64,000 bases of DNA from Octopus sinensis (taxonomy: Eukaryota). Numbering within the stretch: the first letter of the stretch is position 1; every line of letters starts with the position of its first letter. The stretch is from assembly GCF_006345805.1 (NCBI RefSeq), contig NC_042997.1:211296001-211360000 (forward strand), written 5' to 3'. The notes under the pieces were generated by a model. That model saw only the letters and a list, made by a program, of their open reading frames with translations. It was not told where the DNA came from and did no database searches. Positions 13,258-26,599 of this stretch are shown one piece after another. The translations under genes were made by a program, and so were the position numbers.

Positions 13258-14722
13258 TTGTCTGTGTTTGTCCCCCCAACATCGCTTGACAACCGATGCT
13301 GGTGTGTTTACGTCCCTGTCACTTAGTGGTTCGGCAAAAGAGACCGATAGAATAAGTACTGGGCTTACAAAGAATAAGTCCCGGGGTCGATTTGCTCGAC
13401 TAAAGGCGATGCTCCAGCATGGCCGCAGTCAAATGACTGAAACAAGTAAAAGAGTAAAAGAGAATGAAATGAGCATAAAAGACAACAAAAGCCAAGGAAA
13501 AAGAACCCCACTCACTTCTCTTCCTCTTCTTCGATTTTAACATCAGAATTGATCTGTTTCTCCTGCAACAACTTTACTTTGTGTCTCTCCTGAAATATGT
13601 AATTATAAAAACTGAAATTATGATAAAGCAATTTATTTTTCAGGGGCCAGAGGCATCAGATGTGGAGGACAAGAGGGAAACCTGAGCTGGTATGGGCATG
13701 TGATGCGTATGGAAGGGGACAGCTGTGTAAAGAAGTGCCAATCTCTAATTCTGGCACGAGGTGGTGAAGCATGATCTTCAGATGTTGTGTGTCATGGAAC
13801 CAATGACAAGTGACGGAGGCTTTTGGTAATTTGCTGTGTTTGAGAAGACACATCAAACCAAGTGAAATCACAGTCGTAGTCAGTGCCGGTGTCATGTAAA
13901 AGACACCCAGGACACTCTATGAAATAAATGGTTGGCATTAGCAAGGGCATCCAGTTGTAGAAACCAATCCCAAATCAGACTGGAGCCTAGTACAGCCCTC
14001 CAGCTTACCAGTTCCAGACAAAGTGTCTAACCCACACCAGCATGGAAAACGGACACTAAATGATGATGATGATGAAGGGACAGATTATTTTTAGGGATGC
14101 AGAGATTGGGAAGGTTTAGGATAAATATTACGTTGAAGGTGTGTTGACAATTGTAGAAGATTGGATCACCATTTGCTAAAATCCATGACAACAACAACAA
14201 CAACAATACTTAAACCTTTGCAGAGATAAACAAAATCGATTTGGAATTGAATCCAGTTATTTTCAACAAACTCATCAGAAGAATGAATAAAGAGTGAAGA
14301 AGTAGAAATTACTGTGACAAATCCCTTAAATGAATATTGAACATAAATCAACAACTTCATCATCATCATCATCATAAACAACCACAACACTTCACATCCA
14401 TTTTCCATGATGGAATGAGTTGGACAGGACATTGTTGCCCTAGACAGAGAGGGGAACCATATCTAAAAATTTTTACTCACCCCGCCTGGCTCCTGTGTCG
14501 GTGGCTAGTAAAAAGCACCCACTACACTGTCGGAGTGGTTGGCGTTAGGAAGAGCATCCAGCTGTAGAAACATTGCCAGATCAGATTGGAGCCTGGTGCA
14601 GCCTTCTGGTTTACCAGTCCCAAGTCAAACCATCCAACCCATGCCAGCATGGAAAATGTATGTTAAGCAATGATGATTTATATATATATACACACACACA
14701 CATAAAAAACATAAAAAGCACC

Positions 14723-14753
<31 letters not shown>

Positions 14754-17700
14754 TACACACACACACATAAAAAATGTAAAAAGCACCATCTGAACATGGC
14801 CAGTGCTAGTGCTGCCTAACTGGCTTCCATGTCGGTGACACGTAAAAGCACCCACTACACCCTCGTAGTGGTTGGCGTTAGGAAGGGCATCTAACTGTAG
14901 AAACACTGCCAGATCAGATTGAAACCTGGTACAGACTCCTGGCTTCCCAGACACCAGTTGAACCTTCCAACCCATGCCAGCATGGAAAACAGATGTTTAA
15001 ACAATGATGATGATGATGATCCCGTTTTTAATGCTGGGTGCCGTTCCTAACACCATCTGCCATTGCAGGGTGTACAGGGTGCATTTTATTCATGGCACCA
15101 GCACTAATGAGATAGCCATGTCTTTGGCAAAATTGAAAGCTCCTCTCAACCCAAAGATAAACGACACCCAGCAAGGACTGGCACCAACACAGGTGAGGTG
15201 GCTGTGTATTCCAAAGCAGCCAGGAGTCCTCATACCTCTATGTTATGTTGTTTCACACAAAATAATATCACTGGGAAGGAGAAAAGAAAAGGAGGTGATG
15301 ACAGAACAAGAACCAGAATTGTGGGTGGTTAATGGTTGCAAGAGGGAGGGAGGGAGAGGGTGGTGGATAGGGGTGGACAATGGTGAGAGTGAAAGAGGGA
15401 TGTCAATAGTGATAGCAAAGTGACTCAGGAAAGAGGGAGAGAGAGAGAGAGAGTGAGAGTGATAGAGAGCAGAAGCTCTATTAGTATAAGAATTGTTATT
15501 GCCATCCTCCTTGCAATCATTATAAGGGGAGATGATTTGCATACATGTTGTCCGTACAGGTATCACACCAATGTTTTATAATGCTTAATTCGTTAAAATT
15601 ATTAACACTTTAAATTAGTTAGCCTCATTTTTGACATTTTCAGTGCCATTAACCAAAATAATACATTTATTTTGGTTAAAGCGTAGGAGTGGCTGTGTGG
15701 TAAGTAGCTTGCTCACCAACCACATGGTTCTGGGTTCAGTCCCACTGCGTGGCACCTTGGGCAAGTGTCTTCTACTATAGCCTTGGGCCGACCAAAGCGT
15801 TGTGAGTGGATTTGGAAGACGGAAACTGAAAGAAGCCCATCGTATATATGTATATATATGTATGTGCATGTATGTTTGTGTATCTGTGTTTGTCCCCCTA
15901 GCGTTGCTTGACAACCGATGCTGGTGTGTTTATGTCCCGATAGAATAAGTACTGGGCTTACAAAAGAATAAGTCCCGGGGTCGATGTGCTCGACTAAAGG
16001 TGGTGCTCCAGCATGGCCGCAGTCAAATGACTGAAACAAGTAAAAGAGTATCAAAACTATAATAATACTTTATCGTAACTTTTAACTTCTTTTTGTCGTC
16101 GTCGTATAACGTCTGCTTTCCATGCTGGCATGGGTTGGACGGTTTGACTGGGGACTGGCAAGCCAGGAGGCTGCATCAGGCTCCAATCTGTTCGGGCAAA
16201 GTTTCTACATTTATCCTAATGCCAACCACTCCAAGACCGTAGTTGGTGCTTTTTTACGTGCCAGTCAGGTGGTACTGGCATCAACCATGCTTGAATGGTG
16301 CTTTTTACATGCCGCCGGCACAGGGCCGAGTCGGGTGGCACTGGTAATGATAAAAATAAATGAGTGTTGTGCATGTTTTCTTTTCCCATAACTGTAAACC
16401 TACTTTTGCACGCCATCTAATTGTAAAAGTCAATGTGGAAGTTTCTTTGCAAACATTGCTCTGCTAGAAATAGCAGTCAAATCTCCTACTGTCTTCAACA
16501 TCATCATCGTTTAACGTCCGTTCTCCATGCTAGCATGGGTTGGACGGTTCGACCGGGGTCTGGGAAGCCAGGGCTGCACCAGGCTCCAGTCTGATCTGGC
16601 AGTGTTTCTACGGCTGGATGCCCTTCCTAACGCCAACCACTCCGCGAGTGTAGTGGGTGCTTTTTACGTGCCACCTGCACAGGTGCCAGGGGTGTCTGGG
16701 ATCGGCCACGATCGGTTGGTGCTTTTAACGTGCCACCGGCACGGAAGCCAGCCAAGGCATAGAAAAGAAAGACACACTAGACAATGTACTCCAAGATATA
16801 TTATGTCTGAGTGAAAGAAGAGACAGTCACAGATAAAGCATTTGACCACATGTCTGCTTGAATAAGGGATTATGTAAAACCACATTAAATATATTAAGTA
16901 CAAGCGGGGTGCAAAAATAGGTATACAGTTATGGAAATGTACAATTCTCTATTATTTTTATCAAAAAAACTTAAAAGTTACAACAAAGTATTTTTATAAA
17001 TTATGATCAATGTATTATCAGGATTAATATATCAAAAATGAGGCAAACTTTTCATTTTTTTGATCAAAATGAATGAATACTGTATGTGATTTTTCTTTTT
17101 TCGTAACAGGAGTGGCTGTGTGGTAAGTAGCTTGCTTACCAACCACACGGTTCCGGGTTCAGTCCCACTGCGTGGCATCTTGAGCAAGTGTCTTCTGCTA
17201 TATCCCTGGGCCGACCAATGCCTTGTGAGTGGATTTGGTAGATGGAAACTGAAAGAAGCCTGTCGTATACATGTATGTATATATATATATATATGTTTGT
17301 GTGTCTGTGTTTGTCCCCCTAGCATTGCTTGACAACCGATGCTGGTGTGTTTACGTCCCCGTCACTTAGCGGTTCGGCAAAAGAGACCGATGGAATAAGT
17401 ACTGGGCTTACAAAGAATAAGTCCCGGGGTCGATTTGCTCGACTAAAGGCGGTGCTCCAGCATGGCCGCAGTCAAATGACTGAAACAAGTAAAAGAGTAA
17501 AGAGTAAAGAGTGAAATATAATGAACTTACTTTTTCTAGTTGTGATTTCATCATTTTCCTCTCTTGCTCCAAACGTTTGTTCTGCAATAAGAAACATTTC
17601 TCTTTTAGCACTTGGCTCTTTCGTTACCAAATTCCTGCTGAAATCCTCTGCCTTTGTTCCAATAAATTTGGAAAATAGCAAAGAATTCAGCAAGTAAACT

Positions 17701-20700
17701 TCATCGTTATTACTAATCAGGTGTTTGGAACTGCAATTCTGATGGAAGGTTTTAATTTCGATTCCTTTAAATGGTGGTATGGAAAGGATTTAATTAATTA
17801 AATTTAATTAGTTAGCTGCAGCACCACCAACTCCCCAACCTTCATCATCATCATCATCATTTAACATCCATTGTCCATGCTGGCATGGGTTGGACAATTT
17901 GATCAGGGCTGGCAAGCCAGATGGCTGCACCAGGCTCCAGTCTGATTTAGCATGGTTTCTACAGCTGGATGCCCTTCCTAATGCCAACCACTCTGAGAGT
18001 CTAATGGGTGCTTTTACATGCCACGGGTATAGGTGCCATTTGTCCGACACTGGAGTGCATTTCTGTGCCACCAGTACGGGTGCCAATTTGCGTGACACCA
18101 GTATCTGTCATGACTGATTTTGCTTGGTTTGATGGGTCTTCTTCTCAAGCAAGACATAATGCCAAAGGTCTTGGTCATTGCCTCCGTGAGGCCCAACACT
18201 CAAAAGGAGCTCAGCCACTTTGTCTCCACCTTGCACAAACCAATCCTTTCTTACCCTTTGACCATTCCTTCATCCCTAATGTACAGGTACTACACAGAAT
18301 AGTTTAACCCTTTCGAAAACCATATTTCTTTTGAGATGCTCTGGGTTTCTTTCAGTTAATTTTAAATATAACTAAGAACGATGATGATGATGAATTTAGT
18401 AAAATAACTTCATTATCATTAAGCTTAGTATTAGGAACATAAATTGTGACTAAGGTTTGGTGGAAGATTTTAATTCAGAATTTTTGGAAACAAGACATTC
18501 GTACTACAGAACCAGAGGTGATTTCAGGTGGGTTGGTACCAAAAGGGGTTAAAGACACAGTGGAAGAGAAGACTACAGCAACAACAACAACAGCTGCCAT
18601 TGCCACCACTGCTGCTATTGCTATCATCATCATCAATGCTAGAAACTATGGAAGTTTTTGATTATCATCATCATCGTCGTCGTCATTTACTGCCCAATTA
18701 CCCTGCTGGCATGGGTTGGACAGCTTCACAGGAGTTGGCAAAGCAAGGAACTGCACCAGGTTCCGTTTGTTCTGTTTCGGCATCGGTTCTACAGCTGGAT
18801 TCCCTTCCTAACACCAACCACTCTACAGAGTGTCCTGGGTGCTTTATGAATGGCACAAGCATGGGAGAGGCTGATGTATTTTTCAGTTTAGTCTTAGCTT
18901 TAGTCATTTGGATTGTGGCCATGCTGGGGCACCACCTTGGAGTTGCAGTCAGTGTTGTCAGCTTAACAGTTGAAGAGAGACTCAATTTTAATATATCAGT
19001 CTGTTATATAGAGAATATGACAGAATGGACAGGATGTCAAAATAGAAGCAGGGAGTTGGACTGTTTTTAAAGATGAGAACTAATTGAGAAATTCTTGAAA
19101 ATGGAATCAGGCAAACCTACCCAATATTCTTTTTCTTTTTTCAGTTGAAACCTCAGCTCTTTGATCTCTTCTTCAAGTGCAATGTCTCTGCTATTAAAAT
19201 AAATCACAATTTCATAACAAGATTGAAATAAACTACAATATTATTATATTTATACAGACTCCATCATCCTTATCATCATCATTTAGTGTCCGTTATCCAT
19301 GCTGGTATGGGTTGGATGGTTTGACCAGGGCGGCGAGCTGGCAGAAACGTTAGCACGCTGAGCGAAATGCTTAGCGGTATTTCGTCTGCGTTACGTTGTG
19401 AGTTCAAATTCCGCCGAGGTCGACTTTGCCTTTCATCCTTTCGGGGTCGATAAATTAAGTACCAGTTACGCACTGGGGTCGATGTAATCGACTTAATACC
19501 TATGGCTGTCCTTGTTTGTCCCCTCTGTGTTTAGCCCCTTGTGGGTAATAAAGAAATAGGTTTGACCAGGGCTGGAAAGCTGGGGAGCTGCACCAGACCC
19601 CAATCTGATCTGGCAGTGTTTCTACAGCTGGATGCCCTTCCTAACGCCAACCACTTTACAGAGAGTGGTGGGCGCTTTCACATGGATCAAAATATTATTG
19701 TAAAAAATCAAACAATGACTTGTAACAAAATGGTTTGTTTTGCCAAACTTGCAACCAAATAACAATTCCTGCAGGTATGACTGAACATCTTCCCATGTAT
19801 AGGCTGCAGGATTAACCACAATTGCAAACAACAGCCTCATTTAATAGTTTGGTTCTTTAAGACAACTTCAATCTACCAAACTATGTCTCACTGTATCGCA
19901 GGCACAATTCATCATCATCATCATCGTTTAGCGTCCGCTTTCCATGCTGACATGGGTTGGACGGTTCGACCGGGATCTGGGAAGCCAGAAGGCTGCACCA
20001 GGCCCAGTCTGATCTGGCAGTGCTTCTACGGCTGGATGCCCTTCCTAACGCCAACCACTCCGTGAGTGTAGTGGGTGCTTTTTATGTGCCACCGGTGCCA
20101 GACGAGTCTGGCAAACGGCCACGATCGGATGGTGCTTTTTATGTGCCACCGGCATGGATGGTGCTTTTTACGTGCCAGACGAGTCTGGCAAACGGCCACG
20201 ATCGGATGGTGCTTTTTACGTGACACCGGCACGGGGGCCTGGCGAGGCTGGCAACGGCCACGAACGGATGGTGCTTTTTACGTGCCACAGGCACGGGGGC
20301 CAGGCGAGGCTGGCAAATGGTGAATAAAGGCTTTCAGGAAGCTGTCTGGCAGAAAACACCCGTGAGTAGTATGACAGGAATCTGCAACACATCATGGACA
20401 AATAGACTGTGTTGTGATGAGATACACAGGTTGTGTGTGTGTGTGAGATATATATAAGAAGAGGACATTGGCCAGTGGATGTGGAAGGTCAAAGTTGAGA
20501 GGATGGTAGGAGAATGAAGTCTGAGTACAATTATAAGGATTAATGGTGCGTTAGGACAGGAAGTCTTATTTGCAGACCAAATATCACAGAGAGACATCTC
20601 TGGTCTTTAGACAGAAACACCATCCTGCTGACGATGCTGGGCAATTTATTCCAGTTTTCTTCACATTGGACAGAATCGATTCTGTAACAAATTTAGTTAC

Positions 20701-20938
20701 AAACTAAGACACCCTTCAATTAAAAAAACTACTCTCACTCTGTTACTTGTTTCAGTCATTTAACTGCGGCCATGCTGGAGCACCGCCTTTAGTCGAGCAA
20801 ATCGACCCCGGGACTTATTCTTTGTAAGCCCAGTACTTATTCTATCAGTCTCTTTTGCTGAACCGCTAAGTGACAGGGACGTAAACACACCAGCATCGGT
20901 TGTCAAGCAATGCTAGGGGGACAAACACAGACACACAA

Positions 20939-20975
<37 letters not shown>

Positions 20976-23900
20976 CATATATACGACAGGATTCTTTCAG
21001 TTTCCGTCTACCAAATCCACTCACAAGGCATTGGTCGGCCCGGGGCTATAGCAGAAGACACTTGCCCAAGATGCCACGCAGTGGGACTGAACCCGCAACC
21101 ATGTGGTTGGTTAGCAAGCTACTTACCACACAGCCCCTCCTGCACCTACTTTTATTTCAAATATGAAATAATGGCATCATTTAAGTTGTGGGGTGTTACA
21201 AGAGAAGAAGATTGAAATATGCAGGAATTACATAATTCTTCAGAAAGTAGACTTCCTTGGCAACTGAATAGCTTCACCAACCAACACAGAAGTAATGAAA
21301 GCCACAACATGATCCTGTATTAAGCGAAACATTAATGGTGACTTAATGGTGAATATTATGAAGAAATACTCACTGCTTTGATTCGGTTGTCATCTTTAAT
21401 GATTCAACTGTTTCTGTCGATTCCTGTTGTGGAATTTTAAAAAAAATAATACAAAATCAATCAGAAATATTGATATGAAGTAGACGACTGATCTAACAAC
21501 AATACTGAATGCCATGTCAAAATGAACGAAACATCCACAGAAATTAGAGAACAACATTGATTGTAATATATGTAGCATGGCAACAATACCAGCATCCATT
21601 TACAGCATGAGGTACAGGCATCCATCTACAACACGAGGTACAGGCATCCATCAACAACATGTGGTACAAGCATCCATCTACAACATGAGACACAGGCATC
21701 CATCTACAACATGTGGTACAGACATCCATCTACAACATGAGGTACAGACATCCATCTACAACATGTGGTACAGGCATTCATCTACAACATGTGGTACAGA
21801 CATCCATCTACAACATGAGGTACAGACATCCATCTACAACATGTGGTACAGACATCCATCTACAACATGAGGTACAGACATCCATCTACAACATGTGGTA
21901 CAGGCATTCATCTACAACATGAGGTACAGGCATCCATCTACAACATGAGGTACAGACATTCATCAACAACATGAGACACAGGCATCCATCTACAATATGT
22001 AGTACAGACATCCATCTACAACATGTGGTACAGACATCCATCTACAACATGTGGTACAGGCATCCATCTACAACATGTGGTACAGGCATCCATCTACAAC
22101 ATGTGGTACAGACATCCATCTACAACATGTGGTACAGACATCTATCTACAACATGTGGTACAGGCATTCATCTACAACATGTGGTACAGGCATCCATCTA
22201 CAACATGAGACACAGGCATCCATCTACAATATGTAGTACAGACATCCATCTACAACATGTGGTACAGACATCTATCTACAACATGTGGTACAGGAATTCA
22301 TCTACAACATGAGGTACAGGCATCCATCTACAACATGAGACACAGGCATCCATCTACAATATGTAGTACAGACATCCATCTACAACATGTGGTACAGGCA
22401 TCCATCTACAACATGAGACACAGGCATCCATCTACAATATGTAGTACAGACATCCATCTACAACATGTGGTACAGACATCTATCTACAACATGTGGTACA
22501 GGCATTCATCTACAACATGTGGTACAGGCATCCATCTACAACATGAGACACAGGCATCCATCTACAATATGTAGTACAGACATCCATCTACAACATGTGG
22601 TACAGACATCCATCTACAACATGAGACACAGGCATCCATCTACATGTGGTACAGACATCCATCTACAACATGAGACACAGGCATCCATCTACATGTGGTA
22701 CAGACATCCATCTACAACATGAGGTACAGGCATCCATCTACATGTGGTACAGGCATCCATCTACATGAGGTACAGGCATCCATCTACAATATGAGGTACA
22801 GGCATCCATCTACATGTAGTACAGACATCAATCTACAATATGAGGTACAGGCATCCATCTACATGTGGTACAGACATCCATCTACAACATGTGGTACAGA
22901 CATCCATCTACAACATGAGGTGGAGTAGTTAAGAAATTCAATTCCCAGCCACATGGTTCTGAGTTCAGTCCCACTGTCCAGCACCTTGGGCAAGTGTCTT
23001 CTGCTATAGCCCTGGGCAAACTAAAGCCTTCTCAATGGACTTGGTAGATGGGAAACCATACATGTGTGTGTTTGTAAATGCAGGTGTGTGTGTGTTGTGC
23101 TTGTATTTCAGTGTCCTAAATGCAAGTCCCTGTTGTACAAGCAGTATCATTCTTCCATGAAATCATGTCCAACTAACACAATGTTTGTGTTCCAAGGATT
23201 AGGAGGAATATTATCCCTTATTCCATAACAAGTGAGGGCTGGAGTTAGAAAAGGTGTCTGGTCATGGAAACCCTGCCTTGATAAATTTTGCCTGACTCAT
23301 GCAAGTCAACAGCGATTCACATGCATACATGCATACGTAAACCTGGGGCTACAGTTAAAAAACATGTCAACCATGTGGTTGAAGAAAAGAGTGGAAACCA
23401 AGAAAGGTCAAAAGCCACAGAAGGGGGACACCAATGCTGCTCTTAGAGCAACCCTTACAAATGTTAAAGTAGCAGAAGAGGCAGTGGAATTACACAAATT
23501 AGAATTTGAGTTTGAACAGGACACAGAAGCTAAAATTCTTTGTGAGGCAAGGTAGCCAGAATATCTTAACCAAAACTAAACAACTCTACTTTGATCTAAG
23601 AATCCCACTGACAGATTTTCATGTTCAACACATGTGAAAGAATATCTCTCAAGAATCATTTAACCCTTTCATTACCAACTCGACTGAAACTGGCTCTGGC
23701 TCTGTAGTACAAATGTCTTGTTTTCATATATTTTGAATGAAAATCTTCCACCAAACCTTAGTCACAATTTATGTTCCTAACACTAGCTGAATGATAACGA
23801 AGTTATTTTACTAAATTCTTTGTTATATTTAAGATTAATTGAAAGAAACAGAGAGCATCTCAACAGAAATATGGTAACAAAAGGGTTCAAATATATAATA

Positions 23901-26514
23901 GAGAAACAATTCTTAGCCCTTTTGATACCAACCTGGTTGAAACCGCCTCTGGCTCTGAGTACAACTGTCTTGTTTTCATATATTTTGAATTAAAATCTTC
24001 CACCAAACCTTAGTCACAATTTATGTTCCTAATACCAGCTGAATGATAACCAAGTTATTTTACTAAATTCTTTGTTACATTTAAAGTAATCGAAAGAAAC
24101 TCAAAGCATCTCAAAATACAGTAATGAAAGGGTTCAACCATAAAGGATAGATCATAATGCCAGATCAGGTAGCAGTGAAGACAATGAAACAATTAGCAGA
24201 GAAACAGGTGTTCACCTGGGCTCTATCATCAACCATCTTTTCTGTGTTATCTTCATTGAAGTTACCTGACACAAGTCTGGGGCTAGGTACCTACACAACA
24301 CTGTTCTGGTTTTTACGGTAGAATTTCTTAGACAAATGGTGTAAATTCCAAGTGAATCCAAACAAACCAAGCAAGCAGCCAACTTTAGATACAACAAACA
24401 TTTTGGTTCTGCCACAAACCATTTATATTTAATATCCATTCATTTGCCTTTCTTTTTTCGTGAGGTAGACCCAGGAAAACATGGGACGAGGTGGTGAAGC
24501 ACGACCTTCGAACTTTAGGTCTCACCAAGGAAATGACTAGAGACCGAGACCTATGGAAGTATGCTGTGCGTGAGAAGACCCGGAAAGACCTGTGAGAACA
24601 TGACCTGTGGCCTACATACCTTTCCTTCTTGGAACATCAATGGAAATTGCAGCTGTGGTTAAGCAAACCATCCGATTGTGGCCGTTGCCAGTGCTGCCCC
24701 GACTGGCCTCGGTGCCGGTGGCATGTAAAAGCACCATCCGTTCATGCCCGTTGTCAACCTCGCCTGGCCTCCGTGCTGGTGGCATGTAAAAGCACCATCC
24801 GTTCATGCCCGTTGTCAACCTCGCCTGGCCTCCGTGCCGGTGGCACATAAAAGCACCATCCGTCCGTGGGCGTTTGCCAGCTCCGTCTGGCACCTGTGCT
24901 GGTCGCACATAAAAAGCACCCACTACACTCGTGGAGTGGTTGGCATTAGGAAGGACATCCAGCCGTAGAAACACTGCCTGATGCAGCCTTCTGGCTTCAC
25001 AGACCCCAGTTGAACCGTCCAACCCATGCTAGCATGGAAAACGGACGCTAAACGATGATGATGTTCCCCATCATTAACACATCGTTTGTCTTCTATCCCT
25101 CTCAATGTCATCACGTCTACCACAACCCCCACCCCCACCATTTCACTCCATTTCACTCCATTTCCTACAATCACCTCTGTCCTGCCCCCTTATCCAATCC
25201 AAACTGCTGTATGACCCCCGTCTATTCTCACCACCCACAACATATCTTAAGGGCTTGTCACAATACATTTTCACCACCACCATCTCTCTCTCTCTCTCTT
25301 ACTCTCTTTGTCTTACACTCTGACTCGCCCCCGCTCCCTTCATCTTACTCTCCGGCTTGCTCCTCCCCTTTCTCTTCCAACTGGGGTATCCGTGTGTCCA
25401 CTCTCCAGCAAGACCCCTATCCTTGTCCTATCTGAACGTGGCTGATGCCAGTACCCCCTGATTGGTCCCCGTGCCAGTGGCACATAAAAAGCACCAACCG
25501 GACGTGGCTGATGCCAGTACCCTCTAACTGGTCCCCATGCCAGTGGCACATAAAAAGCACCAACCGGACGTGGCTGATGCCAGTACCCTCTAACTGGTCC
25601 CCGTGCCAGTGGCACATAAAAAGCACCATCCGAACGTGGCTGATGCCAGTACCCTCTGATTGGTCCCCGTGCCAGTGACATTGTTTCACAGCCAGAAACC
25701 CCTCCAGGTACCAAAGCTTACTGTTTTACTAGCAGGGAGTCTTTTTCTTTAAATGTTTTCAAAAGTGTGAAGTGAGTGGATGACACACAGACAGGAGAAC
25801 TGACAACAACAACAATGGTTCACAGTGATTCCTCAGTATTTATGGCAGTGAGCTGGCAGACTCGATAGCATGCAGGGCGAAATGCTTTGCAGTATTTTGT
25901 CTGCCGTTATGTTTTGAGTTCAAATTCCAACGATGTCGACTTTGCCTTTCATCCTTTTGGGGTCAATTAAATAAGTACCAGTTATGCACTGGGGTCAATG
26001 TAATTGACTTAAACCCTTTGTCTGTCCTTGTTTATCCCCTTTATGTTTTAGTCCCCTGTGGGCAATAAAGAAATATATATTTGTAGAGTGCAAATGCAAT
26101 CAAACACACACACAGACCAATACAGCTACATATACACACATACATACACTATGAGCTTCTTTTGTTTCCATTCTACCAAATTCACTTACAAGGCTTTGGT
26201 CAGCCTGGGCTCATCTATAAGACACTTGACCAAGGTATTGAAGCTGAGACCATGTGGTTAGGAAGTGAGCTATCTTGACCACACAGCTATGCTTGTGCCA
26301 ATATGACACAAATACATTACAACATAGTTTTAGTGACCTGAAGTAAAGAGGAAGGTGTGTGGTAGGAAGGAGAGAGGATTCAGGTGTGATAACAGACAAA
26401 CGGAATAGTGCAGACCCACCTGACTCATTGCAGGACACAAAACAGGGTAACGATAACAATAATGATGAAACGGATTGCTTGGTGAAACTTTGTTAATTAT
26501 TAAATCAACTGTTC

Positions 26515-26599
<85 letters not shown>

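Noticed and set aside
21544-22928. Many overlapping His/Gln/Thr-rich ORFs
   Set aside because: Translations of the 26-bp minisatellite; no splice-supported frame.
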